Shown piece after piece: positions 1 through 12,214 of a stretch of 64,000 bases of DNA. A model generated the notes under the pieces. That model was not told the origin of the DNA, searched no databases, and saw nothing but the letters and a program-made list of their open reading frames with translations. A program made the translations under genes and the position numbers. This stretch comes from Octopus vulgaris (taxonomy: Eukaryota), in assembly GCA_951406725.2 (NCBI GenBank), contig OX597828.1, positions 65,844,001 to 65,908,000 on the forward strand. Reading direction: 5' to 3'. Position 1 is the first letter of the stretch. Each line of letters starts with the position of its first letter.

Positions 1-18
1 TATGTATATATATGTATG

Positions 19-69
<51 letters not shown>

Positions 70-391
70 ATATATATATGTATATATGTATATGTATATG
101 TATATATATATGTATGTGTATATATATATATATGTATATATATATGTATATATATGTGTATATATGTATGTGTGTGTATGTTTGTGTGTCTGTATTTGTC
201 CCCACCCAACATCGCTTGACAACCAATGCTGGTGTGTTTACGTCCCCGTAACTTAGCAGTTCGGCAAAAGAGACCGATAGAATAAGTACAAGGCTTACGA
301 AGAATAAGTCCTGGGGTCGATTTGCTCGACTAAAGGCGGTGCTCCAGCATGGCCACAGTCAAATGACTGAAACAAGTAAAAGAGTAAAGAG
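1..391 (+). mobile_element. 3' half of a SINE (family B) with expanded internal (TA)/(TG) microsatellite
   Basis: 1-190 is TA/TG microsatellite. 191-391 matches the 3' half of the full copy at 62142-62525 (cttgacaacc...cgtccccgtaacttagc...tgactgaaacaagtaaaagag). Confidence 0.9.
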
Positions 392-1133
392 CACAAGAAT
401 TTTTACTCTGTCTTTATAAAGAGCTCAAGCACCATTTGCCAGAAAATATTAATATACTGAGGAATATCAAATGTTTTTCAGTAGAAAATATTTTGCAGCA
501 TTTCAAAGAGACAATTTTACCTGTCTTAGAAGCAATGCATTTAAATGAAGAAAAAATTGCTTCGGTTGAAATTCAGTTTAATTGCATTCATTTAGTTAAA
601 TGGACAAATACGTCTAATAATGAGGCATTGTGGCTGGAAGTCTTGGAATATAAAGATGCTACTGGAGGAAATCCTTTTAGAGATGTTGCAAATTTTTGCC
701 ATTAATCTACTGGCATTGCCAAACTCAAATGCAGAAGTTGAACGGTTGTTCAGTAGTATGGGTGAAATAAAATCAAAATTGAAAAACAAAATGCATCTTC
801 CTATGCTTAGATCAATACTGTCAATAAAATATTGCCTGAAAAGATGTAACAACTGTTGCAAAAACTTTAATATTCCAAAACACATAAGTAACAAGATAGG
901 GACCTTGAATGTATACAGAAGTCAAAACCTAGGCACTGCAGCTGAAAGTGATCAAATTAGTGAAATTCAAGAAATTACTTCTCAATGCTGAATATAACCA
1001 AAGAAAGTAGACAAAAATTAAGCTTTTTGATATAATTAGTCTTTAGCAATTTTTTTTTCTTATTTAGCATTTTTTTTTGTATTTTTTCTACTGAAATTTA
1101 GCATAAAATTGTGATTTTAAGTTGGCAACACTG
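392..1133 (+). mobile_element. hAT DNA transposon right end with frameshifted transposase C-terminus
   Basis: Overlapping ORFs 436-705 and 620-991 give ...FAINLLALPNSNAEVERLFSSMGEIKSKLKNKM..., matching the hAT C-terminal dimerisation motif (LPxSNAxxERxFS). There are subterminal TTTAGCA repeats and a terminal GTTGGCAACACTG (1121-1133), the reverse complement of a CAGTGTTGCCAAC hAT-type TIR. Confidence 0.8.
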
Positions 1134-1139
1134 ATCAAA

Positions 1140-2045
1140 AGGTTCCCAGACTAATTATGTTTAATAAATAACAACTTATTTACCTAAGTTTTAACATCAT
1201 CTCCTTCAATATAGTCACACTGTGCAACAATACACCAGTCCCAATGTTCCTGCCACTTTTGAAATCCAGTCTGGAAGTCGTTTTTCGTGAGTCAAAGACC
1301 TTCTGCAATTCACTCTTGATTTTGACAATGGTGTGAAAATGTGATGACCTTTGAGCTGCATTTTCATCTTGGGGAAGAGATGAAGTCTGCAGGTGCTAAA
1401 TTTGGCAAATAGGGTGGGTACCATGCTTTTGACAAGAAACTCATGTGTGAGGAAAGCTTGATAAAGAATCCAATTCTTTGCATTCCACAGACTGAGACAC
1501 TTTTGCTGAATATCCTCCCTCAAATGCTTCCAAACATTACAGTAGAACTCTCAGTTGATGATCTGGTCCTGGGGCACGAATTCTCGATGCACAATACTGC
1601 ATTTCCAGGGGTGACACTCGTGGCAGATCTTCCTGAAGGCGGCGAGCTGGCAGAAACGTTAGCATGCTGGGCTAAAGGCTTAACGGTATTTTGTCCGGCG
1701 CTATGTTCTGAGTTCAAATTCCACTGAGGTCAATTTTGCCTTTCATCCTTTCGGAGTCAATTAAATAAGTACCAGTTATGCACTGGGGTTGATATAATCG
1801 ACTTAATCTGTTTGTCTGTTCTTGTTTGTCCCCTCTGTGTGTAGCCCCTTGTGGGTAGTAAAGAAATAAGACCTTCCAGATAGCTCATTGTCTTCCAGGG
1901 ACATCCTTCTGCTTTTGAAGTGCTTGTGCCACTTGAAACATCGATAACCCATTGCCTCACCGCCATAAGCCTGCCAAAGTATGTTCAATGTCTCTAGCAG
2001 ACTTCCCAGTTCATCCTTTGAAATACAAAAAAAAAGGTGTGTCAA
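1140..2045 (-). mobile_element. Decayed mariner (Tc1/mariner) transposase, interrupted by a SINE
   Basis: Minus-strand fragments: ETLNILWQAYGGEAMGYRCFKWHKHFKSRRMSLEDNELSGR (mariner HTH region), HLFPKMKMQLKG (follows the YSPDLAP motif), and FQKWQEHWDWCIVAQCDYIEGD (mariner C-terminus). Several frameshifts are present. Confidence 0.85.
1638..1869 (+). mobile_element. SINE family A (pol III-type head, Meta-like central domain)
   Basis: Head ggcggcgagctggcagaa...gagttcaaattcc, core tttgcctttcatcctttcgg...aagtaccag, tail aaagaaata. At least 7 related copies occur in the window. Confidence 0.9.
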
Positions 2046-2477
2046 TCAACCCGCAAGCTATCCCACCATCCAAACTGAAGCTGGTCTTTTCAGCTTCTTG
2101 CTAAAAGCATCTTTAATTTAGTTGTATCTTCCCCCATTTCACTTCTCAGTCATGAGAGGTACCATAAAATACCCAGAGAGAAAACCCTTTCACATTTTTG
2201 TGTAAAGTTTACAACACACTCAACACAATACAGATTAGCTGGAACTCCAAAACTCCCTATTCCATCTGACTCATGACTAATCTTCACACATACAAAGTGC
2301 AGAGAGTGTCTCCAGTCACTTTAAAAGAATAAGGCCACTGGCACAGACAGCATCCCTTCATTTACACTCAAACAATGTGCCCCAGAGCTATCTCACCAAA
2401 CTCTTCGATCTCTCTCATCATTAAATACATATATATGTGTGTAGAGAGAGAGATAGAGATACACACACACATATATA

Positions 2478-2684
2478 TATTTCTTTATTACCAACAAGGG
2501 GCTAAACATAGAGGGGACAAACAAGGACAGACAAAGGGATTAAGTCGATTACATCGACCCCAGTGCATAACTGGTACTTTATTTATCGACCATGAAAGGC
2601 AAAGTCGACCTCAGCGGAATTTTAACGGCAGACAGAAATACCGCTAAGCATTTCGTCTGGCGTGCTAACGTGTCTGCCAGCTCG

Positions 2685-2687
<3 letters not shown>
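2478..2687 (-). mobile_element. SINE family A
   Basis: Reverse complement of the 1638-1869 consensus, followed by (TA)n(GA)n at 2688-2759. Confidence 0.9.
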
Positions 2688-2759
<72 letters not shown>

Positions 2760-3099
2760 CATACACACCCACACATATATCTTAGTCTTTGCAACAGATT
2801 GTCCCATTCCTGAGAAAGTAATGCTTTTGACTGCAACTAATTACTAACCCATTGCTTTACTTCCTCAAGGAACAACTGTACAGCTTCCATAATAATAATA
2901 ATGAAATTGTGTATAGTGCTCAGGTGCACTATAACTAAAGCCAAATCTATTGGAGACCTACTCTCCTATGTTACCAGTGAAGCCTCATTCTTGAGAAATT
3001 TAAAGAAAAATATGTTGTTATACTTGACATCAGTAAATTATTGTCATATTTGGTATGCAGATCTTCTATCTAAACTGCTTTAAATAAGTTTCCTGTGAG

Positions 3100-3850
3100 A
3101 TTTGTTAGATCATTGTGGTTGATTAAAGTGCAACCAACACTATCAAACCACCAAGGAAGGTACAAGCATGGACAGCCTGTCACAAACTAAAGAAGCTCTG
3201 GAACTCCAAATTGCCCGGGCAAATCAGAATCAAGCTGTTCACTACAACTGTCGAATCAGTGTTATTACATGGCAGTGAAACATGGACACAGACAAAAAAA
3301 TTATCAAACGGGCTGGATGACTGCTACAGAAGGGTGCTAGGATCTTTTCAGTTTGAACGGCAGTTTTTTCTAGCGGTGTCATATGAAATTGTTACCCATA
3401 ATTATGACCCTAGTATCGATCTATTGTATTTCAATCTGTTTTAGGGTTAGGGTTAGGAGTGGGGAGAAGGGTATCTTTTTTTCTTCACAAATGTAAATAA
3501 ACCCAATCTGTTTCTTAAACGAGGGACATATTCATACGGCACAGAATGTTTTTACTTCAATAGACGTCATTGATTGGTTGAAATTTCAGAAATTGAAGAA
3601 AAAAAACAACAAATATCTTACAAACTATAGAATTTTCTCAATAAAGCCAAGAGAAAAAGATGTTTTATAAACACATTCTACTAGTATAGGAAGTTTAACA
3701 TTTTTTAGTTACCTAGAAATTATGTTAAAAACTGCTGTTCAAACCGAAAAGATCCGGGTGCCACAAATGACCCTAAATGTGAAATGTCTGACATATAACA
3801 AACAAATGCTGCAACTATCTGGTCATTGCATGTGCCACCCTAAATTCGGA
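3100..3850 (+). mobile_element. Decayed RTE-type LINE reverse transcriptase C-terminal fragment
   Basis: IRIKLFTTTVESVLLHGSETWT (YGxETW motif). The frame resumes after the MITE as LQLSGHC. Boundaries are approximate. Confidence 0.7.
3340..3755 (+). mobile_element. MITE with GG termini, ~29 bp TIR, 8 bp TSD and internal TTAGGG repeats (Merlin-like)
   Basis: TIR GGATCTTTTCrGTTTGAACrGCAGTTTTT. TSD gggtgcta (3332-3339) / gggtgcca (3756-3763). Confidence 0.9.
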
Positions 3851-4405
3851 GCATCCAAATTAGTCTTGTGAAATTCACTTCATGGTGATCTAAGAAGAGG
3901 AAAATGTCGTTACACTTACATCGAGAACTTGATCGCAAACATTGGCCTGGAAATGTATCCAGGCCCTTGAGGCAGTGATGCTGGACTGAGAAGTGTGGTG
4001 AGTGAACCTTGTTACCCAGGTTGAAATCCAGCCATAATAAAATTTTAAAAAGTCTTGGAAAGCCTGCAGATCCCATGGTTACAACCCTTCCTACAGACCC
4101 TGCTATTTAAGAGACATAATGCACATTGTCAGCAATTAATGTAGTTGTAGCAAACTCCACAACAACCCAGAACACAAAATAGCATAGTTTTCACATCATG
4201 AAGAGTCCTCAGCAAAGCAAAAGTTCTGAAAAGGAAAAATTACTTGGACATGCAAAGAACAGTTTGTTGTAACAGGTTGCAACTCACATTGCTCCTATCA
4301 CTGTGCACTCATTAATGACTCATCTACAACACTTCAGAACATTAAAATACCATCCTAATACATTATTCTTCTCAACCAATTTAAGTGTGAAAAGCACATA
4401 AAGAC

Positions 4406-4507
4406 ATAAATAATAGCAGCAACAGTAACCTTAAGATCTTTAAAACTTATGCAAAGATAAATAATAGCAGGAGCAGTAACCTTAAAAGCTCTAAAACTTA
4501 TGCAAAG
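4406..4507. repeat. Imperfect 51 bp tandem duplication
   Basis: ataaataatagcag..cagtaacctta.....taaaacttatgcaaag occurs twice (4406-4456, 4457-4507). Confidence 0.85.
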
Positions 4508-5039
4508 ATACACATCGTCAGAGATAAATACACTTCCATTCTAATCAAATTTCTCCTTTTTGCATATTTGACAACAGAAAAAAAATACCATATGGTACAT
4601 GATAAATTACTGCATGGTGTGACCCTCAGCTAAAAGGTAGCGTGATATGTCTGCAATACTGGATCTGCTGATCATGTTATAGAACTTCTTAATCAAGTCT
4701 GGCTTGAGCAACATTAAAAAAAAAACAAGAAAAAAAACTATATAGCCTGTATATTGCTTCAGTAAAGAAAGCAACCCACAGTTAATCAATCCCTTCTTTT
4801 TAGTACCGAAAAATTCTTCCTCACTATCCTAATGAATCAATAGAACGTCTGACCAACTCGATATTAATTAAAAGACTTTCCGGTTATGTTGTATTTAAAA
4901 GAAATGCAGTAGTAGTTAGTAACAATAATATAAATGTATTTAATTTAATATGTATAAATATGAATTGTATGTCCAAATACACGTACACACACAGAGATAA
5001 TATATATACATAGATAAAGATTCTAGATAATTCGTAAAT

Positions 5040-5325
5040 ACTTCTCGATAATTCCATAAATGGAGAGGAGGTTTCACTACAGAGAATTTCTCTTGCAGCA
5101 TTTCCACAGAAATCTTAGTTTCTGGTTAATGAATGAATTAGCAGATAATCGATTTAGAGTTGTCTCCCTTAGCCAATCCGGTAGAGGGCAACATCTGTTT
5201 TGATCGCCAAACTCATTTCGTGTCGATTTCAGTTCTTAATCAGGAGTTCTTTCATTACAAAACTCTCTTGGCGATGTCTTGATATAACAATATCTTTTTA
5301 TATTCATCCTCTTAGATAAAAAAAA
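5040..5325 (+). promoter_or_regulatory. Candidate promoter / 5' UTR region of the CSP gene
   Basis: Non-repetitive, CpG-retaining sequence directly upstream of the ATG, with CCAAT at 5173-5177. The TSS cannot be determined. An AG at 5314-5315 could alternatively be a splice acceptor. Confidence 0.4.
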
Positions 5326-5357
5326 ATGACGTCAAACACCAAAAAGCGTTCTTTCTC
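5326..5357 (+). CDS. DNAJC5: Cysteine string protein coding exon 1 (MTSNTKKRSF + TC of Ser11)
   Basis: AAAATG start, 32 nt, followed by a consensus GTAAGT donor. Phase 2 fits the single leading G of exon 2. KKRSFSSSGDSLY aligns with human RQRSLSTSGESLY and fly KRKLSTSGDSLY. Confidence 0.85.
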
Positions 5358-7861
5358 GTAAGTTTCTAATTTCCTCTCTGCTTTAATCCTTTTTTTTTTA
5401 TTATTAATTTCCCCCGTCTCAGCAGGTAACCGTCTCTAGCTTCTTCTTCTTTTTACCATTACCGCATCATCATTGCTGCCGTATTTCCACTCACTTCACA
5501 CATTTTCCATCTCCTCTATCAAAAAAAAAACCCCATACTTCTTTTCACCCTATAAACTCACAACATCCCACTGTAATTCGTCGAACCTTTACTTGTGCAA
5601 TTTTCATATTTTCCATTCGGGATATTTATATTAAAACAAGTAAAGAAATGTCACCAACTCATTACACACACAGACACACACACTTGTTCTATGCGTGATG
5701 TTGGGATGTATTAATCTTTTACATTCGTTTCTCCGCTTCATTTCACTCGCTCATTTATTTATATGTAGCAGATATTTTTTTTTTAAATAAAATCTTTTAT
5801 ACCCCATTTTCTCATATCTTTATGCGCCTGTTTTTCTTTTCTTTCTTTTTAATCTTCCATTTAATCTAGAGCGAAAATCTGCTTCATAAAATACTGGTCT
5901 GGTGTTTTTTCTCTGTATATTTATTTCCATCACTGCAAATGTTTGTAAAGGAATTTTACTGGTGCCTGATAAGTCTTTTCCCCCCCACTTTCTCTGAGAG
6001 AAATAGACCAAAGGATGGATGGGAATTCATTTTCAGTATAATAATTTGTATGTGTACACACACTAATAAATGTGTGTGTGTGAAATATATATATATGTTA
6101 GAAGTATTGGGGGTGATGTACAGATTTAATACATATGAAAAAAAAAGATGTTCAGAATACTGGATGGTTGTGAAAATATATATTTATTTACATATCACAT
6201 ATTATTACTTCATATTAGCGCTTTCCAGTACTCATGTATATGTGTATGTATATATATATATATATATTACATGCATGCAAGCACACTGTAATAGGTATAT
6301 ATATGTATATGCGTGTAATCCATTTGGTGTTTAGCAAAAATGTCATGTTAACTCCCATTCCATCTGTTCATGGAACAAGACGGTTTCGCTCTGTTTTTCC
6401 CTCCTACCAAACATACTGTCATCTTCTATAAATCTTTCATCCACCACTTAAACATATCGTTGCGTATTAAGAAAAGAAAAACTCCGCTAGATAAATTAGG
6501 TGTGATGGGCTACAACCCTCTTAGATATAAATAATCCCAGTCGATGGTTAAATATCTCTGGAAATAAATAAATAACTAATTTAATCAGAAATAAGGAGAG
6601 GGAAAAAAATTTCTTGATTTGTGCTATCTTCATTTTAGTTTTTAATTACATTTTGTATTTTATTTAAGATGCTAACATTTAGCTGTTATGAAATTATTGT
6701 TCTCGTTAATATCTTATTTAAAGCTGTTGGATTTTGCTTTGTTGCTTTTGTGAAAATTTTTATCGTGTCGAAGGAGGATTTAAAAAGAAACCATTTTATA
6801 CTCTTCTAAAAATTGATCGTTTTCCCCATTGTTTTTTTTTTTAACATTTTTTCTTAATTTCACGTCAGTATGTTCTTTATTTTTCGAAATCAATATATTA
6901 ATACATTCACTCATTACTCATGTCTTTTCATTTTAGTAGCTCGTCTCACTTGATTGTAAATTTTTTAATTGCTTTAAGCTTGTTGCATCATGTATCAATA
7001 TTTTCCTGTTTTTTTGTTTTTGGTGGGGGATTTGTAGATGTGAATAACGTCACCGTTACAGCTCCAGATAATCTCAGCAATCGAGGGAATTCGCATTAAT
7101 GGAATACGAAGTTCCTATAGGCGTCAGGTCACCCAGCAATTGGAAAAGCATTAAAGCCATCATAGTCGGACCGAGGGTTAGGTTAAACTTCGCAGCTTCG
7201 TTTTTTTTTTTATTTAAATATCCCTATCAACTGCACCTAAATGGAAGCCACCCTTAAATGTTCGGGTAGCGATGGTGTATTCCCGCTTGGCTGCCTTGTT
7301 TTATCTCGGAGAATATTTAATCAAATTAAGAATGGCTGCTCTCTCTCTCTCTCACTTGAAAACGAAAGTCCATCATTAGTGACTGCTGACTTTTAGAAGG
7401 GAAGTCTCGGGATGCATTAGTTAGAGAGATTCCCAATTCGTGTCTTCTCGCAGCTGGTCCCAGTCTAAGCTGAGTGTGGTTTGGGCTTTTGATATCCGAT
7501 ACCGAGTGTTATCATGGACCCAGGTTGGGTACCATCTACTCTGACATCCTATAAAATGTTAGGAAGGAATATGACTTTGCGCATACTCTGGGCAGACATG
7601 AAATTCCAAGTCGAAGATTATGGTACCTATTTTTGGTTAGTGATACTCTCTGAGGGATACAGTGACATTCCTATGGTTGATATTGACTCCAAGAACGTAG
7701 TTGAAAATAAATTGTTTCATCTTGGTTGGCACAGTAGGCAAATGCCTTCTATACTCTTGGGCTAACCAATGGCTTGTGAGTGAAATTGGAAACTGTACAG
7801 AAGCTCGTAGAATGTGCATGAGTGTGATGTGTGTGTTTGTGCCTTGCAATTATGTACATGC

Positions 7862-8195
7862 AGGCGTGGTTTGTGTGGTAAGAAGCTTGCTTCCCAACCA
7901 CATAATTCCAGGTTCAGTCTCACTGCATGGCACCTTGGACAAGTATTCTCTACTATAACCTCGGGCCGACCAAAGCCTTGTGAGTAAATTAGCTAGACGG
8001 AAACTGAAAGAAGCTCGTCGTGTGTGTGTGTATGTATATATTGTATATTTATCTGTCCTCCACCACCAGCGCTTGACAACCGGTGTTGGTTTGTTTATGT
8101 TCCCATAACTTAGCGGTCCAGCTAAAGAGATCTATAGAATAAAGTCAGGGGTTGATTTGTTCAACCAAAGCCTTTCGACACAGTATCCCTGCATG
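7862..8195 (+). mobile_element. SINE family B (CORE-like ccttgggcaagt segment, internal microsatellite)
   Basis: Matches 62142-62525 across its length, with a diverged 3' end. Confidence 0.85.
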
Positions 8196-8861
8196 AAACA
8201 TCATCACAAGTGTCATTGGTGGGTGCTATTGTTTACAGCTGTTGCAAAAACATGTCCAGCCATTGAGCAGTTCGTCATCTGAAAGATCAGAGAAATAATT
8301 ATCTCAATTAGTCACCTAACCCTTGCTAAAACTGGATATTAAAATAATGTCTGATTTACTTTAGAATTTAAAAGAATGTTTTATAAGAATGTAATTTTTT
8401 TTCTGTTACCATCTCCTATAAATGATGTTATATAAAACTGATTTTGTTACTCTATAATCCCAGTTGGCTTTACCTGAGTAAACATATGGCTTTAGAGCTC
8501 GTTTATCAAATGCTCCTGAATAATTAATAGGTCTAGCACATAACTTGGTTAAATGCAAACAACTTCAGTGTTTTCGTTCTGCCATTTAAACAAATGACAT
8601 AAACACTGGTTTTCTAAATGGAAATGTTCGTCTTGTTCTAAACTTTGCTAATAAAGATTTCTAATTGTTCTAACTTTCTAAATCAAATTTGCCAAACTCA
8701 GGCAGTGATTTTTACTCTACATTTTGAATGTAAATCCAGTCTTTGTCTTGTCTGAAAGAGTGTTGGTTAATAATGAAATAATGGTTAACTTGGTAAAAGC
8801 TATAGCTATTGAAACATATATAACACTTATGTCCCATGGCTAGGATTTCAACAAAAGCTGT

Positions 8862-9028
8862 TACGTTCTGAGTTCAAATTCCGCCAAGGTCGACTTTGCC
8901 TTTCATCCTTTCGGGGTTGATAAATTAAGTACCAGTTACGCACTGGGGTCGATGTAACCGACTTAAGCCCTTTGTCTGTCCTTGTTTGTCCCCTCTGTGT
9001 TTAGCCCCCTGTGGGCAATAAAGAAATA
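8862..9028 (+). mobile_element. 5'-truncated SINE family A
   Basis: gttctgagttcaaattccgcc...aataaagaaata. Confidence 0.85.
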
Positions 9029-9456
9029 TATATACACATACATAACCTGGGGTGAAATTTGTATAAACCTTTCACCTTCTCCCCTCTGTTGTGTGTATTT
9101 TTTATTGGGTTTTATATAATTGTCTTATGTTAATTGGTAACTATAGAATTGTGAGATCACGAAAGTCCTGCACATATGTGTACTGGCCTGTCGTTGAGTA
9201 GCTTACTATTTATTATAAATGGTGGATAATATGACTTCACTAGATGACAACTTACCAAGTGTGTATTACATCTAAAGTTAGTTACTTATTGACTTAGTGA
9301 AATTTTGGATTAAAACAATTTTCATACTTCACAAGTTACTTTAAACAAATTATGTCATCACTAAAAATTAACCTTTCTGATTTAATTATTATAATTCTGT
9401 AGAGATTTTTGATAAAGTTATTATCAAGTTTGAAAGATATTGTATAATGCTAGATT

Positions 9457-9735
9457 TGACTTGACTTGAGACAGCATTCACCCGGGGTGGGTTGAGCTGG
9501 CTTCATTCATCCTCAATGCTGCATCTCTCACAAATGCTGACCAGACCTGACGATTTGAGGCTAACAACCGCATGATCTCCAACCACTCCTTATTCCAGTG
9601 GCGAATGCCATAGATATGGGATCCTAGGTTGGGTTCCAGATCAGCCTTGACTGTCATCAGCCAAGTTTTTTGTTGTCCACCACATCGCTTTCGCCAACCC
9701 TGAAGGGGTGCTGGGGCAATTGCTTCATAGATGAG
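9457..9735 (-). mobile_element. RTE LINE 3' end with (CAAGT)n tail
   Basis: Reverse complement of 20570-20855. The tail reads gacttgacttgag on the + strand. Confidence 0.85.
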
Positions 9736-10439
9736 AATAATGAATTGGATTTATTTCTGTTAAGTCAGCAACCAGTTACTACAGTGGCTTGAAAAACAAA
9801 TGAGATGGCTAAAGACAGCATTCCATATTCAAGAGCCAAAATTTCATTGTCTAAATGTATCAGTGCTGAAACTATACTTAGTGAACAAACAACACCATGT
9901 TCAGTGAATCAACAGCCTGGGCAACCTACTAATAATTCTTGTGTCAGTTCTCTTTAATAAATATCAAAATTTTGTAGATTTCCTCTTATCATTTATAGAA
10001 GAGACATCATACTAAGAGTTAAACAAGGAAGTTCGTGAAAAGATAATTTGTCAAGTTGGAGAGGGGGGGGCTTTTATGTTGCAGAATGCTATATCTATAG
10101 TTTGTGCAAAAGAGTCCACTACTAGTGTTATAGTCAGCATTACTATGACTATAATCCTTGCGTTTTTGATAGGAAATCAACTTCAGTTTAGGTTAAGGAT
10201 GCTTTTGATATGGATCAAGGACAGTACATGGTCGCACAGGATGTCCTGTTGATAAACAATGTATTGTCAGATGACTCAGCATTTTGCGAAGGAATCTTGA
10301 AAACTTATTGTATCAACAGTATCATTCCTTCAAATGCTTAAGTGGAAATTCCTTTTTGGTGCTGTAAATGATCAGTATCAGTGACAGTGACAGGAAATTA
10401 TTTTTGATTCATGAAGACATTATAGAAAAGCTAATATTA

Positions 10440-10764
10440 TGGAGATGTACTTGCATAACGAGTGACTTGATCTGAGATCGTGTGCTGGAACGAAAACAAT
10501 TGCAGTGTGGAAGCCATTTAAGAAACACACAAAAACCGTTAGATTCACTTCAACATTTAAATTTAATTTGTCAAAATATATTCGTCGCTTTGAGGCTGCG
10601 ACCTGTTCACTGACAAAACTTCATGCTGCATCTGACCGTAAACAGGTCGCGGTCTCAAAGCGACGAATATATTTTGACAAAATTAAATTTAAATGTTGAA
10701 GTGAATCTAATGGTTTTTGTGTGTTTCTTAAATGGCTTATAAACACCTTCCACGCTGCAATTGT
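10440..10764. mobile_element. Fold-back Penelope-like insertion, copy 1, with hammerhead-like motif in the arms
   Basis: Inverted arms ~10496-10608 and ~10640-10764. Flanking direct repeat ctaatatta (10431-10439, 10765-10773). Same family as 46058-46387. Confidence 0.7.
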
Positions 10765-11171
10765 CTAATATTAATTCATAGTCCTAAATCATGTTCAGAG
10801 GGTAGTATGGTCTATAACAGAAACAAGCTTAACTCAATTGAAAAGCAATTGTTAAAAAATTGAAGTAAACAATTGCCATGTTATAAATGGAGTTTTTGTG
10901 GTTTACGGAATCTCATTCTGCCACCTTGGGAGTTTTGGCATCACAATATTGATGACTTCAGATTAAATTTAAAACTAAATTTCCACCTTTTAACTGTTTC
11001 TTCTGCATGTGTTGATCCCTGATTTAATAACTTATTTGATAAACCTTCAAAATGTTGAATTTTCATTGACTGTAACACAGGTTCATCAAAATTACAACTG
11101 ATCAACTTATATTATGAACAAAACTTTGGCAGCAATTGTCATTAGAAGACCCAAACTAATTCATAAAACGG

Positions 11172-11401
11172 TGTAAAAGATTTGAGCGAGGTCGTTGCCA
11201 GTACCGCCTGATTGGCCCCGTGCCGGTGGCATGTAAAAGCCCCCACTCTCAGAGTGGTTGGCGTTAGGAAGGGCATCCAGCTGTAGAAACTCTGCAAGAT
11301 CAAGATTGAAGCCTGGTGCAGCCATCTGGTTCGCCAGCCCTCAGTCAAAATCGTCCAACCCATGCTAGCATGGAAAGCGGACGTTAAACGGTGATGATGA
11401 T
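11172..11401 (+). mobile_element. RTE-derived 3' end (family C) with (GAT)n tail
   Basis: ...gagtggttggcgttaggaagggcatccagctgtagaaac...ggacgttaaacggtgatgatga. Confidence 0.9.
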
Positions 11402-12214
11402 AAACATACAATTTACTGTGCTTGATTAATTTAAGCATTACTTTCAAATTTACATAAAGAAAAGTAACTTCTCAAAGTATCTTTCAATATATCTTATTCA
11501 CCTTGTGTGGTACTCCTTGCTCTATTTATAGTACAGTAACACTCAGTTTAAAATTCGTTGAATTTTTAGAATTTCCAAGAAAATGGAATGTTTGTGAAAG
11601 TCAAACTGCACCTTCAGAAGGACAAAATATTACAATGGAATGATATTACAATACAGATAAGATAAACAAGTGAATGAAAACCTCCACTTGCTTTAATGAG
11701 TAATAGATTGTCTTCTGTGGTTCAAAGATCACATATCATTCAACGCTGGAAAGATCAAATGACTCATCATTGAAAGAAATTGGTTAGTTGAGAAGTGGTT
11801 GGAATATTCGTTTACTGCCACAGTCTGTATCAAGTTGCAGTGGAGAGTCAGTTGTAATGAGCCACTGATCTTGTGCTCCTGAATCTAAGACTCAACCAAT
11901 ACATCTTGGATGTGTTCGTCTCTCACATTAGTAAATATAAATGATACATTCCTTGATGACAACATATTAATTCATCACTCCTGTATAATTGCAACAATCC
12001 TAACAGACCTCAAAATAACAAGATTGCTTGCCTATTTGAATAAATTATGTCCTAATGATAAACAGTAACTATTTCAGTTTTGTGATGTTTTATTGTTAAT
12101 TACTAGGTTTTATTTTATTAATGAATTATTAATTTTGGAAAATATCTTCTAAATGCTTCTTCTTCATGTTTTACGTATTGTAGAATTGCATGAGGACATG
12201 AGTACCATGCTCTT

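Noticed and set aside
2-256. YI/YV-rich ORFs (also near 2600, 6200, 30600) and the HSLT-rich ORF 54787-55047
   Set aside because: These are translations of dinucleotide and tetranucleotide microsatellites.
3441-3457. Interstitial telomere
   Set aside because: Only 2-3 TTAGGG units, and they are internal to a MITE.
5040-5310. Divergent minus-strand coding exon upstream of CSP
   Set aside because: All three minus frames contain stops within short distances and no recognisable protein appears.
9740-11930. Coding-like non-repeat stretches, possibly an old DNA transposon
   Set aside because: No diagnostic motif or sustained frame could be identified by eye.
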